A program made the translations under genes and the position numbers. A model generated the notes under the pieces. It was not told where the DNA came from and did no database searches. It worked only from the letters and a program-made list of their open reading frames with translations. Below are positions 30,126 through 41,344 of a DNA stretch of 64,000 bases, one piece after another (positions within the stretch are counted from its first letter, which is position 1; each line of letters starts with the position of its first letter). Source of the stretch: an uncultured Gemmatimonadaceae bacterium (GTDB taxonomy: Bacteria; Gemmatimonadota; Gemmatimonadetes; Gemmatimonadales; Gemmatimonadaceae); NCBI GenBank assembly GCA_963781585.1, contig CAWAGQ010000008.1, forward strand, positions 32,001-96,000, in the 5' to 3' direction.

Positions 30126-31745
30126 TCAGGTGCCGCCCCCGCTCCGTGTTCGCCCCGGCGGACGGCGCAGCACGCGGCCCGGACGTGCATCGGTGAAGAC
30201 GTTCGTGTCCACCACCGGGACGCCGTTCACGATCACGTAGGGGATCCCTTCGGCATAGTGGTGGGGATCGTCGAAGGTTCCGACGTCGCGCACGGTGGCG
30301 GCATCGAAGATGGCGAGGTTCGCCGCGCAGCCCTGGTGGAGACATCCCTGATCGGCGAGCCCGAGTCGCGCCGCCGGCATGCCGGTCATCTTCCGCACCG
30401 CGGTCTCCAGCGTGAGGACGTGCACATCGCGCACGTAGTGGCCGAGTACGCGGGGGAACGTACCGTAGTTCCGGGGATGCGGGACGCCGTCTCCGGGTCT
30501 CGTCAGGCGACCGTCGCTCGCGATCATCGTCATCGGATGCGCCATGATGCGCTTCACATCGCCCTCGTCCATCACGTGGTACACCATCGACCCACCGCCC
30601 TTCAGCACGTCGTCGAGGACGATCGGCGCGGCGTTTTCGGGCGTCGGCTGCAGCCCCTGCCGCACCACCTGGTCGTAGAGTGTCCTGCCGTTGAGCGTGG
30701 CATCCCAGCCCACCCGCGCAAACTGAACCCGTTTGAGATCGCCGCCGCCGCGGTCGTTCAGCAGAAACTCCACCACGCCGCGGGTGATGCTGTCCTTGAG
30801 CACGGGATCGGCGAGCCGCTTGCGCAGTTCGCCGGTGCCGCCGGCAAGCGCCCACGGCGGTACCAGCACATCGAGCCCGGTGGAGCTCGCGGTGTAGGGA
30901 TACTGATCCATCATCACGTCGGTGCCGGCTTTCCTCGCCGAGTCGACCATGTGCAGCGTGACGACGCTCTTCCCCCACATCAGCCGGCCGATGGCCTTGT
31001 GGTGGGTGAGCACGACCGGAATGCGCGCGCGGCGTCCGATCTCAAGCGCCTCGGCGACGCCTTCGAGCAGGCCCACGCCTTCCTCGCGAAGGTGAGACGT
31101 ATAGATGCCGCCCGAGTCGCCGGCCACCTGCGACAGCGCGACCACTTCATCGGTCTTCGAGTAGAAGCCCGGGATGTAGCGGAGGCCGGTGCTCATGCCG
31201 AACGCGCCCTCGCCCATCGACTCGGCGACCATCTGCTTCATGCGCGCGAGCTCGGCGGGGGTTGGGTCGCGGTTCTCGGTGCCCATGACGCGGCGACGGA
31301 TGGTGTTGTGTCCGGCCAGGAAGGCGACGTTCATGCCGAGCGGACGCGCGGCCACCGAATCGAGATACGCGCCGAACGGATACGGCCCGCCGCCATCCGG
31401 ACCGCCTAACGCCAGAGTCACGCCCTGCCGCACCGCGCTCTGGGCGTCGGGCATCACCAGGATCGGGTCGAGGTGAGCGTGGAGGTCGATGAACCCGGGC
31501 GCGACGATCAGGCCGGACGCGTTGATGACCCGTTTGGCCGACGACGACGGGATCGGGGTGCGCGACAGCGCGACCACCCGGTCTCCGGTGATGGCGACGT
31601 CGGCGCGATATCGGGCGGCGCCGGTGCCGTCGATGACGGTACCGCCGGCGATGACGAGATCGTAGCGCGGCGCCTGGGCAGCAGTCGGTGTCGCGATCGA
31701 CGAAGCGATCGACACGATTATTGCGACAGCGAAGTCTCGACGCAT
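30126..31745 (-). CDS. N-acyl-D-amino-acid deacylase (D-aminoacylase)
   Basis: PGFIDLHAH, SHLREE and HPRNYGTFPRVLG. Confidence 0.9.
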   Translation of the reverse strand: MRRDFAVAIIVSIASSIATPTAAQAPRYDLVIAGGTVIDGTGAARYRADVAITGDRVVALSRTPIPSSSAKRVINASGLIVAPGFIDLHAHLDPILVMPDAQSAVRQGVTLALGGPDGGGPYPFGAYLDSVAARPLGMNVAFLAGHNTIRRRVMGTENRDPTPAELARMKQMVAESMGEGAFGMSTGLRYIPGFYSKTDEVVALSQVAGDSGGIYTSHLREEGVGLLEGVAEALEIGRRARIPVVLTHHKAIGRLMWGKSVVTLHMVDSARKAGTDVMMDQYPYTASSTGLDVLVPPWALAGGTGELRKRLADPVLKDSITRGVVEFLLNDRGGGDLKRVQFARVGWDATLNGRTLYDQVVRQGLQPTPENAAPIVLDDVLKGGGSMVYHVMDEGDVKRIMAHPMTMIASDGRLTRPGDGVPHPRNYGTFPRVLGHYVRDVHVLTLETAVRKMTGMPAARLGLADQGCLHQGCAANLAIFDAATVRDVGTFDDPHHYAEGIPYVIVNGVPVVDTNVFTDARPGRVLRRPPGRTRSGGGT

Positions 31746-31777
31746 GGGACGCCTACCGAGTGTCGGGGTTCTTTCTT

Positions 31778-31843
31778 CCTCTGCCCTTTGGCCTTCGAGC
31801 CTGCTGCCTGGCCTCTGCCCTTTGGCCTCCGACCTTTGGCCCT
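31778..31843. repeat. Intergenic short direct repeats
   Basis: CCTCTGCCCTTTGGCCT at 31778 and 31812, plus partial CCTTTGGCC at 31833. Confidence 0.55.
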
Positions 31844-31960
31844 ATCCGGTAGCCAAGTTACCGCCCGCATCCCGGGCTCGCTAACGCCGAGCCGTGCGAA
31901 GCGCTAACATCGGTCGGCCGGCAGCGCAGCCCGGCGTTGATTCCTCTCACGAGGACCCGC

Positions 31961-33454
31961 GTGGCCTTTCCTGAATACTCCGCCTACGACGCCACCGGCC
32001 TCGCCGATCTGGTGCGCGCGGGACGCGTGTCTCCCCGCGAGCTCGTCTCTGCGGCCATCGAGCACATCGACGCGCGCAATCCCGCGCTGAATGCCGTCAT
32101 CCACAAGATGTACGACCGCGCGCTCGCCGACGCCGACGGGGATCTGCCCCACGGGCCGTTCCACGGTGTCCCGATGCTGCTGAAGGACCTCACCTCGCTG
32201 TATGCCGGGGAGCCCCTCACCAGCGGGAGCCGGCTGTTTCGCAACTGGATCGCCCCGCACGACAGCGAAATCGTCAGGCGGTACAAGCGCGCGGGCCTGA
32301 TCGTCGTCGGCAAGACCAACACGCCTGAATTCGGCCTGGTGCCGTTCACCGAACCGGAGCTGTTCGGGCCGACGCGAAATCCGTGGGATACCACGCGGAC
32401 GGCGGGCGGGTCATCCGGCGGATCGGCCGCGGCCGTTGCGAGCGGGATGGTGCCGGTGGCGGGCGGGGGCGACGGCGGCGGATCGATCCGGATCCCCGCG
32501 TCGTGCTGCGCACTGTTCGGCCTCAAGCCGACGCGTGGCCGGAACCCCACCGGGCCGGATCAGGGCGAATTGTGGCGCGGCGCCGCGGTGGAGCACGTCC
32601 TCACCCGCACGGTGCGCGACAGCGCCGCGATGCTCGACGTGCTGGCCGGGCCGGACGCCGGCGCTCCGTACTTCGCGGCGCCCCCCGACCGCCCATTTGC
32701 GCAGGAGGTGGGTGCGCCACCCGGACGTCTTCGCATCGCGTTCACCACGCACCCGTTCCTCGGGCACAGCGTCCACGACGATTGCAAACGCGCTGTCGCC
32801 GACGCGGCGCAGGTGCTGGAGTCGTTAGGCCACGAACTGGTCGAATCGGCGCCGGTGGTGAGCCGCGAGGAGTTCAACCTGGCGTTCCTCACGCTGGTCT
32901 GCGCCGAGGTGCGCGCCGACTTCTCCGACGCACGCGTGGCGCTCGGCCATCCGGTGCATCGGACCGAGGTCGAAGCCCCCACCTGGGCGCTGGCACTCCT
33001 CGGCAAGCAGATCACCAGCGGCGACTACGCGTCAGCACTGCGCTATCTGCAGCGCACCGGCCGCCGCATCGGCGAGTTCTTCGAGCGCGTGCACGTGTTG
33101 CTCACACCGACCGTGGCCACCCCGCCATTCCGGCACGGCGCCCTGCAACCCCCGGCCAGCGAACTCGCGCTCATGCGGACGCTCGGCGCGGTGCACGCCG
33201 GCGTGGTGCTGCGCCTGATGGGGGCGCTCAAGCGCGCGGCCGACACGGTCTTCGACTGGATTCCGTGGCCTCCGCTCGCCAACATCACCGGCCAGCCCGC
33301 CATGTCGCTGCCGCTGTCATGGAATGCCGAGGGACTTCCAATCGGCGTACACTTCATGGGCCGCTACGGCGACGAGGCAACGCTGCTGCGTCTGGCGGCA
33401 CAGCTCGAAGACGCGGTGCCGTGGAGGGACCGCCATCCTCCAGTGTGGTCGTAG
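31961..33454 (+). CDS. Amidase signature family protein
   Basis: [25 protein letters not shown] and GGGSIRIPA. Confidence 0.93.
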   Translation: MAFPEYSAYDATGLADLVRAGRVSPRELVSAAIEHIDARNPALNAVIHKMYDRALADADGDLPHGPFHGVPMLLKDLTSLYAGEPLTSGSRLFRNWIAPHDSEIVRRYKRAGLIVVGKTNTPEFGLVPFTEPELFGPTRNPWDTTRTAGGSSGGSAAAVASGMVPVAGGGDGGGSIRIPASCCALFGLKPTRGRNPTGPDQGELWRGAAVEHVLTRTVRDSAAMLDVLAGPDAGAPYFAAPPDRPFAQEVGAPPGRLRIAFTTHPFLGHSVHDDCKRAVADAAQVLESLGHELVESAPVVSREEFNLAFLTLVCAEVRADFSDARVALGHPVHRTEVEAPTWALALLGKQITSGDYASALRYLQRTGRRIGEFFERVHVLLTPTVATPPFRHGALQPPASELALMRTLGAVHAGVVLRLMGALKRAADTVFDWIPWPPLANITGQPAMSLPLSWNAEGLPIGVHFMGRYGDEATLLRLAAQLEDAVPWRDRHPPVWS

Positions 33455-33487
33455 TGCCGGGAACCCGAATCGAACGAGGTCCCCCCC

Positions 33488-33976
33488 ATGCATCCCTTGA
33501 GTACGTCGATCGGTCTGAGCGACATCGTGCTGCGGCTTGGCGCGGCGATGCTGATTGGTGCGGTGCTCGGCATCAATCGCGAGCTGCACGAGAAGCCGGC
33601 CGGCCTCAAGACGATGACGCTGGTGTCGCTGAGCACGGCCCTGCTCACGATGGTCAGCATCTCGTTCGCCACCATGACCGGCGTGGTCGAGGGGACGGCG
33701 GTGGCGCGCGTTGTACAGGGCGTGTTGACGGGGATCGGGTTTCTCGGCGCCGGCGTGATTCTGCGTGGTGACACGGTACGTGACATCGCCGGGCTGACCA
33801 CGGCGGCGCTGATCTGGCTCGCCGCCGCGCTCGGCATCGCCTGCGGCGCAGGTCAGTGGGAGCTCACCCTCTCGGCGCTCGTGGCCATGCTGATCGTGCT
33901 GCTGGCGGGCGGGCCGCTCGAGCGCGCGATTCACCGTCGCCGGCATGGCGACACGGACGGGATCAATGGCCGATGA
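33488..33976 (+). CDS. MgtC/SapB family membrane protein
   Basis: KPAGLKT, GIGFLGAG and GLTTAA. Confidence 0.9.
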   Translation: MHPLSTSIGLSDIVLRLGAAMLIGAVLGINRELHEKPAGLKTMTLVSLSTALLTMVSISFATMTGVVEGTAVARVVQGVLTGIGFLGAGVILRGDTVRDIAGLTTAALIWLAAALGIACGAGQWELTLSALVAMLIVLLAGGPLERAIHRRRHGDTDGINGR

Positions 33977-33978
33977 TT

Positions 33979-36378
33979 CTACTCCTGACGCAAGGACTGC
34001 ACCGGGTCCACGCGACTGGCCCGCCGAGCGGGCCAGAGGCTGGCGGCGGTGCTCACGACCACCAGGATGGTGATCGCGGCGACCAGCGACTCCGTATCGC
34101 TTGGGGAGACGCCGGCCAGCAGTGGGGTGAGCGTGCCGGCCAGCCAGACCGCCGCCACTCCTCCCGCCACCAGTGCCGCCGCGGTGGTCCGCAGGTTGGT
34201 CCGGAGCACGTCGCCCAGAATCATCGACGGCGTGGCGCCTAACGCCATTCGCACGCCGAACTCGCGGGTGCGCTGGGCGACGGTGTAGCTCTGGAGTCCG
34301 TAGACGCCGATGATCGCCAGCACCAGCGCCAGCCCGGAAAAGATGCCGATCACCGCGGCATTGAACCGCGGCCGGATGAGCTGACGCTGCGCACGGGCGG
34401 CGAGCGTGGCGAACGACGAGACCTGCAGATCCGGATCGAGTGTTCGAAGGAATGCGCCAACCTCGCGCGCAATCGCCGGCGTGCCGCTGGTTCGGATCAC
34501 CAGGTACGTCGCCCACCGCGGTCGTTGCCGGTTGGACCAGTAGATCTGCGGCTCGACGGGGGCATTCGGGTTGGCGGCGGGGACGTCCTTCACCACACCA
34601 ACGATTTCGAACGTCACGCTGTCGTCGGGCAGCCGCAGCCGCCGGCCCACCGGATCGGCGTTGGGCCAGAATCGGGCCGCGAGCCGCTCGTTGATCACCG
34701 CGACCAGCGTGCCACCCGCCAGATCGGTGGCCGCGATGTCCCGGCCGTGCACGACCGGCACGCCGAGAGTGGCGAAGTAGCCGGGTCCCACATCGAACCA
34801 GCGCACCGTGCCGCGCACCTGCTCGGCCGGTTGCCCGCCGTCGGCGATCGCCAGGGCCGTTTCGGTGCCGCCGAAGAGCGGACCGGCGGAGGCTTCTCCG
34901 GCAGCCTCGACTCCGGGCAGCGTGGCGACTCCGTCACGCGCGCGCGCGAACAACTGCGCCACGTCGGCCGGTGTCGGATACTTGCTCTGCGACGCAAGCA
35001 GCCAGGTCGTGGTCACCCGGTCGAGCGGAATGCCCGGCGCCCATCCGCTGAGCGTCGCCAGGGAGCGGACCAGCAGGCCGGCCCCGGTCACCAGCACGAC
35101 CGCGAGCGCGATCTCCAGCGCCACCAGCGATCGGCCGAGGGGGACGCCCCGCATCGACGACGTGCGGACCCCGTCGCCGAGCTGCGACCGCACGTCGGCG
35201 CGCCCGCTGCGGATGGCCGGTACCACGCCGACCAGCAGTCCGGTCAGCAGCGACAGCCCGATCACGAACACGGTCACGCGGGCATCGAGGTGCACGGCGT
35301 CGAGGCGGGGAATGTCGCGGGGCGCGAGCGCCACGAACAGGCGGCTGAGCCACGTGCCGGCCAGCAGTCCGAGGGCGCCGCCGACCACGGCGATCACCAG
35401 GCTCTCGACCAGCACACCACGGGCGAGCACCCACCGCGGAGCGCCGAGGGCAGCCCGGAGCGCGTATTCGCGCGCCCGGGTCGCGTTTCGCGCGAGATAG
35501 AGATTGGCCAGATTCGCGCAGCCGATGAGCAGCACGAAGGTCACGGCGCCGAGGAAGGTCAGCAGCGTGCCCCGGGCGGAACCGATGATCAGGTCCTGCA
35601 CCGGGCGCACTTCGATCCGCCAGTCGGGCTTGTCGGCAAAGTGGGTGGCCCGCAGTCCGCCGCCGAGCCGCGACACGTCGCGACGCGCCTCGTCGATGGT
35701 CGCGGACGCGTTCAGCCGCGCAAACGCCCGGAATCCACGCCAAGTGCGGTTCTCCTCGCTGGCCGGAGCGAACGGAATCGGCAGCCAGACGTCGACGTCC
35801 TCCATGGTCGGAATCCGCACGTCGGGGTCGAGGACGCCGACGATGGTACGCGACTCGTCGTTGAGGATCACCGGTTGCTCGAGCGCGTCGGCACGCCCGC
35901 CGAGCTGTTCCTGCCAGAAGCGGTGGCTCACGAGTGCCACCTTCGCGCCGGCTCCGACCTCGTCCGGCGCGAACGCGCGGCCACGTTCGACCCGCACGCC
36001 GAGCAGCGTGAACAGCGACGGTGTCGCCAGTCCGCCGGTCGCGCTGACCGCCCCGTCGCGCCCGCGCATCACCACCGGCCAGTCGCGGCCAAGCCCGACC
36101 GCAGAGAGGGTCCCAGTCTCCCTTCCGAGGTCAGTCGCGTTAGGCGGTGACGTGACGCAGAACGAATCGCGTTCCCGCTCCGGAAACTCGCAGAGCGCCA
36201 CCAGCTGTGACGGTCTCGGGAAGGGGAGCGGCCGCAGCAGGATGCCGTTGACGACGTTGAACACGCCGGCGTTGGCACCGATGATCAGCGCGACGGTCGC
36301 GACCGCGGCGAGCGAGAAGGCGCGGTGGCGGGCGAGGCCTCGCCAGGCGGCACGAAAGTCGGCACGGATCGAGAACAC
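33979..36378 (-). CDS. Duplicated MacB/FtsX-type ABC permease (ADOP-like)
   Basis: ILLRPLPF, LLIGCANLANL and RTREFGVRMALGA. Confidence 0.9.
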   Translation of the reverse strand: MFSIRADFRAAWRGLARHRAFSLAAVATVALIIGANAGVFNVVNGILLRPLPFPRPSQLVALCEFPERERDSFCVTSPPNATDLGRETGTLSAVGLGRDWPVVMRGRDGAVSATGGLATPSLFTLLGVRVERGRAFAPDEVGAGAKVALVSHRFWQEQLGGRADALEQPVILNDESRTIVGVLDPDVRIPTMEDVDVWLPIPFAPASEENRTWRGFRAFARLNASATIDEARRDVSRLGGGLRATHFADKPDWRIEVRPVQDLIIGSARGTLLTFLGAVTFVLLIGCANLANLYLARNATRAREYALRAALGAPRWVLARGVLVESLVIAVVGGALGLLAGTWLSRLFVALAPRDIPRLDAVHLDARVTVFVIGLSLLTGLLVGVVPAIRSGRADVRSQLGDGVRTSSMRGVPLGRSLVALEIALAVVLVTGAGLLVRSLATLSGWAPGIPLDRVTTTWLLASQSKYPTPADVAQLFARARDGVATLPGVEAAGEASAGPLFGGTETALAIADGGQPAEQVRGTVRWFDVGPGYFATLGVPVVHGRDIAATDLAGGTLVAVINERLAARFWPNADPVGRRLRLPDDSVTFEIVGVVKDVPAANPNAPVEPQIYWSNRQRPRWATYLVIRTSGTPAIAREVGAFLRTLDPDLQVSSFATLAARAQRQLIRPRFNAAVIGIFSGLALVLAIIGVYGLQSYTVAQRTREFGVRMALGATPSMILGDVLRTNLRTTAAALVAGGVAAVWLAGTLTPLLAGVSPSDTESLVAAITILVVVSTAASLWPARRASRVDPVQSLRQE

Positions 36379-36601
36379 GGAAGAACCCCCGCGTTTGGGC
36401 AAGAACGGGCACCTTGTCGAATGCTTCGAGCGCATGCCGCGCCCGGTATCAGGGATTCTCCTGACACGCACTTCCGTGGATACCGATAGGTGGAGGCCGC
36501 CCTGCGTCCTCTGCGGCCTCCGTGGTTCAAATCATTCTCTGCCACAGAGGGCTCATGATGCCTGGCCCGCGGTCGCAGCGTCCTCTGCGGTGCCTGAATG
36601 C

Positions 36602-37798
36602 CTAACGCCTTTGCTTGACGTCGATTACCACGTTGCTGTCGGCGGTGAAGACGTGCAGCGTCCCCTTCGGCATCGCCCCTGCGTCGGTCCACATCACCAC
36701 CCGCCGCCCCTCAACCTCGGCGGCCTGCGAACCGCCGATCGCCGGCCGCGGCACCAAAAGAGCGAGCGATGCCAGTGCGGCCAGCCAGGACGCGTGCACC
36801 GCAGGACTGCGAACCGGAGACCCGGATTGCTCCGGCATCGTCAGTCGCCGCACCCGAACCAGCAGCGATGAACGTGGATGCTCGAGCATCGCCGGCACTG
36901 TCATACCCACTCCCGTCACCGTCCATTCCGCGACTCGCGCCAGGCACCGCGCGAGCGTTACCGGCTGCGAGGTGAGCGCCACCGCCCACTCATCGGCCGC
37001 CAGCTCCGTGGCGTCGAGCATGCGGCGGCGCGCCAGACGATTCAGTGGCTGGAAGAAGAACGCGACCTCCACCAGCCGCGCCAGCATCAGCCAGGCACCG
37101 TCGCGGCGCTCGAGGTGCGCCAGTTCGTGCGCCAGAATGCTCTCAAGCTGCGCGAGATCGAATTCGGTCAGCGCTCTCTGCGGTACGTAGATCTCGCTCG
37201 CCCCCACCGCAACGGGACTGGGGAGGTTCCGCACTACGACCGCGTGCACGGGGCGTTCGATCCCGGCGCGACGGCGGAGATCCCGCAGAGCAGCCGACAG
37301 GATCGTGTGCTCGCCCGGCACCGGGGAGGCCAGGGCGCGCCTGAGACGTCGCCTCGCCAGCGCGAACAGCCCGAGACCAAGCGCCACGCCCCCCATCCAG
37401 CAGAGCGCGACCCACAACGGCCACCCCGGCGCGATCGCGACGCGCGCCACCATGGAGCGCGGCGCCGGAACTCCCGTCGTCGCCTCGGCGTTCACCATCA
37501 GACGAATCGCACGCCCCGCCTCGCGCATCACCGGAACCGAGCCGGAGAGCGGGGCCAGCACGCGCGCGGACTGGAGGGTCGCGGTCGCGATGCCGCCCAC
37601 CAGCGCCACCCGCCACAGGGTCGCCATTCGCGCGACGCCAAGCCGGCTGCCTAACGGCGACCGGGCCACCAGCCACACCCCACCGATCAGCAGCGTGCTC
37701 TGGACCAGATAGGTCGCCAGCCAGCCCGTCACCCACGCCGAGCCGAGAAGCACCGGCGGGGCGAACCGGAGCAGCGTCTCAACGAGTGCCGGGTACAT
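36602..37798 (-). CDS. M56 (BlaR1/MecR1-like) metallopeptidase
   Basis: AHELAH and ELAADEWAV; adjacent to BlaI. Confidence 0.88.
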   Translation of the reverse strand: MYPALVETLLRFAPPVLLGSAWVTGWLATYLVQSTLLIGGVWLVARSPLGSRLGVARMATLWRVALVGGIATATLQSARVLAPLSGSVPVMREAGRAIRLMVNAEATTGVPAPRSMVARVAIAPGWPLWVALCWMGGVALGLGLFALARRRLRRALASPVPGEHTILSAALRDLRRRAGIERPVHAVVVRNLPSPVAVGASEIYVPQRALTEFDLAQLESILAHELAHLERRDGAWLMLARLVEVAFFFQPLNRLARRRMLDATELAADEWAVALTSQPVTLARCLARVAEWTVTGVGMTVPAMLEHPRSSLLVRVRRLTMPEQSGSPVRSPAVHASWLAALASLALLVPRPAIGGSQAAEVEGRRVVMWTDAGAMPKGTLHVFTADSNVVIDVKQRR

Positions 37799-38177
37799 CG
37801 GCGGTGCGCTCGGCCTGCGCGATCAGCTTCTTGACCTCGTCGAGATCCCGCGTGGCGATCTCGCGGTCGGCCAGCAGATGGCTGATGAGGGCCGCCGGGC
37901 TTCCGTCGAACAGCAGCGCGGTGAGTTCCGCGACCATCGAACGCCGCACCTGCGGCTCCGTGACCCTGGCGCGATAGATGAACTGCCGTCCGTCCGGACG
38001 ATGGTTCACCAGCCCGCGCTTCTCCAGGCGGCTCAGAATCGTCGCGACGGTGGTCAGCGCCAGGCGGCGCCCGGGCAGGAGCGAATCCTGCACCTCCAGC
38101 ACCGTGCACTCGCCACGCTCCCAGAGGGTGCGCACCACCGCGAGTTGAAGGTCGGTGAGATGGACTTCAGTGGCCAT
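37779..38177 (-). CDS. BlaI/MecI/CopY family repressor
   Basis: LQLAVVRTLW...TTVATILSRLEKRG; FDGSPAALISHLL. Confidence 0.92.
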   Translation of the reverse strand: MATEVHLTDLQLAVVRTLWERGECTVLEVQDSLLPGRRLALTTVATILSRLEKRGLVNHRPDGRQFIYRARVTEPQVRRSMVAELTALLFDGSPAALISHLLADREIATRDLDEVKKLIAQAERTADVPGTR

Positions 38178-38287
38178 GTGACGCTCTTCAGCCGAGGACG
38201 GGATACATCGACGCGTGTCGTTTCAATGAGACACGGCTCACCCGTCCACGGTTTACGCCCCCACGGGCCGGCTGCCGCGGCCGGGCG

Positions 38288-41065
38288 TCAGCGCATCGCC
38301 CCCGCGAACACCGCGTTGAACAGCAGCTTGAACGTGCCGTGCGGCTGCGCGCGCTGGAGAATCTCGGGCCCGTATAGCACCACCCGTCCCTTCCCGAGCG
38401 GTGCGTCGATCGCCACCACTCCGTTCTCGAGATACTGCTGTCCCCACGACCATCCGCTGTGGAGCGGCGCCGCGGTGTCGAACCATCCCACCCGGTTCAC
38501 GCCTGACGACGACGCGTCGGGCGCGAGGTCGAACACCGGGCTGTTGTCGAAGAACACGTCGGTGTGCTCGGCCATCCCCCAGGTGAGCGGACTCGACGTG
38601 TCGAACCGCGCGGTGAGCACCGACCCGGGCGTGTAGAATTTCGTCTGCGGCAGCGGCCGGCCGTCCTCCACGAGATGATTGCTCACCGGGAGGTGGAGCT
38701 GCGCGGCGAGGTTGGCCGCCGAACTGCCGATGGCGATGATCGTCCCCCCGTTTTCCACGAACGCGCGGAGCTGTGGAATGGTCTTGCCGGCGGTCACGCT
38801 CCCCAGCTGCCCCCGGTACTCCTCCGGGATGTCCGCCGCGTCAGGCGCGCCCCCGCCCCGGCCACCTCGACCGCCGGCCGTCCCCGGGATCGCACCGCCC
38901 ACGAATAGCAGGACGTCGTACCGGTCATTCAGCCTGCCGGCGTCCAGCGTCGGGGCAAACACCCGCTCGAACGGGAACTCGAACTGCTCCAGGATCCACC
39001 GTGCCCACCCCGCGTCGATCGATCCGCCATACTGATCCCACAGTCCGATCCGCGGCGCGCGCAGCTTCGTGATGTCCTTCGCCTGCGGCATGCCGGCGCC
39101 GTCGAAGCTCACCCCCAGCTCGAGCGCGTCGAGCTCCACTTCGCGGCGCGTCGATCCCCGCGACCGCGCGAAAAACGTGCCCGCCGGATACACCGTGCCC
39201 TTCACCGTCACCGGGGAGCGCAGCGCGTACACGTCGTTGCCCGCCTTGAGCAGCCGATTCACCGCGATCACCGCGTTGTTCACCTTGCGACTGACGAAGA
39301 AGCCCGCGGCGCCCTGCGCGTTCGTCACGTGTCCCGACAGCGGCTTGATGTTCCACTCGGTGATCCGCTCGCATGGACAGGTGAATCCCTCAAGGATCCG
39401 GTCGAACTGCACCCCCATCTGGAACGCCAGCGTCCAGCCGGCATTGTCGTAAGGCGGCGTCGGCGGACCGCCCGGGATGGGGAAGACGTCCGGATGCACC
39501 TGCGGTTCGAACATATCCATCACATGCGGACGAAACGCCTGCGCGGTCATCACCACGAACGAACCCGCGGGGTACCGCTTCCCGTTGACCGAGAATTCGC
39601 GCGTGGAGCGCTGCACGGCAATCCCCGTCTCGCGCAGCGCATCGATGAACGTCGTGGCGGTGGGAAAGTCCGGCTGATCGGCGGAGAGGATGTATCCCCT
39701 CGGGTCGCGCAGCTCCGGCTTGTGCAGCTCGGCCCAGAACGCCATGTCGCTTTCGGCGGATCCGCCGCCCCGTCCTCCCCCGCCACCGCCACCACCACCC
39801 CGGCCGCCCCTGGCGGCGGCCATCTCCTCGGCCACCGCGGCGTAGCGGCGCGGATTCGGCGTCCAGGTGTCGGTGCTCCCCCGTTCGATCGAGTGCTTCC
39901 CCATCGTATAGATGTTGAACAGCAGGTTCTCGCGCAGTCGCGACGCGTAGTCGAGGATCGCCCGGTCGGCGGAGATCGAGTAGTCGATCGACTGGCGGAA
40001 GTGCCACTCCTGCGGCGGCACCGGAAACACCTCGTCGGCCGTCGGCAGCTGTCGCTGCATCACCAGCGGGATCCGCATCGGCGTGGGGCTCCCCACCATC
40101 TCGGTGAGGATGGCGATGACGTTGTGGAACGCGGCGGTGTTCCGGATGCCGCCGTTCCACCAGCCGTCGTACGGACCACCCGACCGCATGGTGGCGCCGG
40201 GCTTCCCCTCCACCGCCATCCGCGTGTGCAGCCACGCGCCTAACGTCTGGAAGCCGAGAACCAGGATCGGGTCGAGATTGTAGTTGTTGGGGTCGCGGAA
40301 CGGCGGCGAGTAGAAGATCGTCCCGGCCGGTCCGCTCTGATGATGGTTGTAGAGGATCTGCGGAAACCACTGGTGATACAGCACGCGATTGATGTTCTCG
40401 GTCTCGGCCTGCGTGGACATGAAGAAGTCGCGATTGTTGTCGTGGCCGATGTACTTCTGGTACAGCACCGGCAGCCCCGACATGGTACGCTGCTCGGGGA
40501 CCGGGTTCCGCATGTACCAGTTGGCCACCAGATCGTTTCCGTCGGGGTTGGCGTGGACGAACAGGATGATGCAGTCGTTCAGGAAGCGGAGCGTCTCCTC
40601 GTCGGTCCGGCTCACCATCTGGTAGACCATCTCGGCCAGCTGCTGGGCGCCCAGCACCTCGGTGGCGTGCAAACCGCCGTCGATCCAGACCACCGCCTTC
40701 CCTTCCTTCGCCAGCGCGCGCGCATCGTCGTCGGTGAGACCTTCGGCAAGCGCCAGGCGGCGCGAGATCTCCTGATAGCGCGCGAGCCGCCGCTGATTCT
40801 CCGGCGCCGTGACGATCGCCATGAGTTGCGTCCGCCCCTCGGCCGTACGACCGATGTCCCGCAGCACCAGCCGGTCGGATTCGTCGTCGAGCTTGTGCCA
40901 GTAGGCGGCGATCTGCTGGTAGTTCGCCAGCCAGTAGTCGTCACCGAAGTCGTGGCCGAACTGCTCCTTCGGCGTGGTGATGTGTCCCTGCGCGCGGACG
41001 ACTCCGGTCGGCGCGATGCACAGAAGGGCGAGGACGATCCCGACGGCGCTGCTCCTGGACCTCAT
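38288..41065 (-). CDS. M14 zinc carboxypeptidase-like secreted protein
   Basis: GLHATE, NPDG, GHDNNRD and NHHQ; class I GATase-like C-terminus. Confidence 0.88.
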   Translation of the reverse strand: MRSRSSAVGIVLALLCIAPTGVVRAQGHITTPKEQFGHDFGDDYWLANYQQIAAYWHKLDDESDRLVLRDIGRTAEGRTQLMAIVTAPENQRRLARYQEISRRLALAEGLTDDDARALAKEGKAVVWIDGGLHATEVLGAQQLAEMVYQMVSRTDEETLRFLNDCIILFVHANPDGNDLVANWYMRNPVPEQRTMSGLPVLYQKYIGHDNNRDFFMSTQAETENINRVLYHQWFPQILYNHHQSGPAGTIFYSPPFRDPNNYNLDPILVLGFQTLGAWLHTRMAVEGKPGATMRSGGPYDGWWNGGIRNTAAFHNVIAILTEMVGSPTPMRIPLVMQRQLPTADEVFPVPPQEWHFRQSIDYSISADRAILDYASRLRENLLFNIYTMGKHSIERGSTDTWTPNPRRYAAVAEEMAAARGGRGGGGGGGGGRGGGSAESDMAFWAELHKPELRDPRGYILSADQPDFPTATTFIDALRETGIAVQRSTREFSVNGKRYPAGSFVVMTAQAFRPHVMDMFEPQVHPDVFPIPGGPPTPPYDNAGWTLAFQMGVQFDRILEGFTCPCERITEWNIKPLSGHVTNAQGAAGFFVSRKVNNAVIAVNRLLKAGNDVYALRSPVTVKGTVYPAGTFFARSRGSTRREVELDALELGVSFDGAGMPQAKDITKLRAPRIGLWDQYGGSIDAGWARWILEQFEFPFERVFAPTLDAGRLNDRYDVLLFVGGAIPGTAGGRGGRGGGAPDAADIPEEYRGQLGSVTAGKTIPQLRAFVENGGTIIAIGSSAANLAAQLHLPVSNHLVEDGRPLPQTKFYTPGSVLTARFDTSSPLTWGMAEHTDVFFDNSPVFDLAPDASSSGVNRVGWFDTAAPLHSGWSWGQQYLENGVVAIDAPLGKGRVVLYGPEILQRAQPHGTFKLLFNAVFAGAMR

Positions 41066-41145
41066 GGCGATTCTCCCTGGTGAGCCGCGATGCGGTGAGA
41101 GATACGCCCGCGCGGCACCTGCCGGGAGGGGAGCGCGACTCCGGT

Positions 41146-41307
41146 CTACTCGAAGTAGTCCCTGGCGATCCGCGCCCCGGCGTACATCCCCACGCCGGTG
41201 CCTACCATGCTCACGAAAAACGCAGTCATGACACCGACGAACGCGCCGAGCCACCAGCCGACCCAGCCCAGCACGGTCGCGCCGAGGAACGCGAAGAGCT
41301 TTCTCAT
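41146..41307 (-). CDS. Small 53-aa membrane protein
   Basis: MRKLFAFLGATVLGWVGWWLGAFVGVMTAFFVSMVGTGVGMYAGARIARDYFE; fills the gap between co-oriented genes. Confidence 0.7.
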   Translation of the reverse strand: MRKLFAFLGATVLGWVGWWLGAFVGVMTAFFVSMVGTGVGMYAGARIARDYFE

Positions 41308-41344
41308 CGCGCGCAGTCCGTGGCTTCGTTCCGCATACCTGTCG

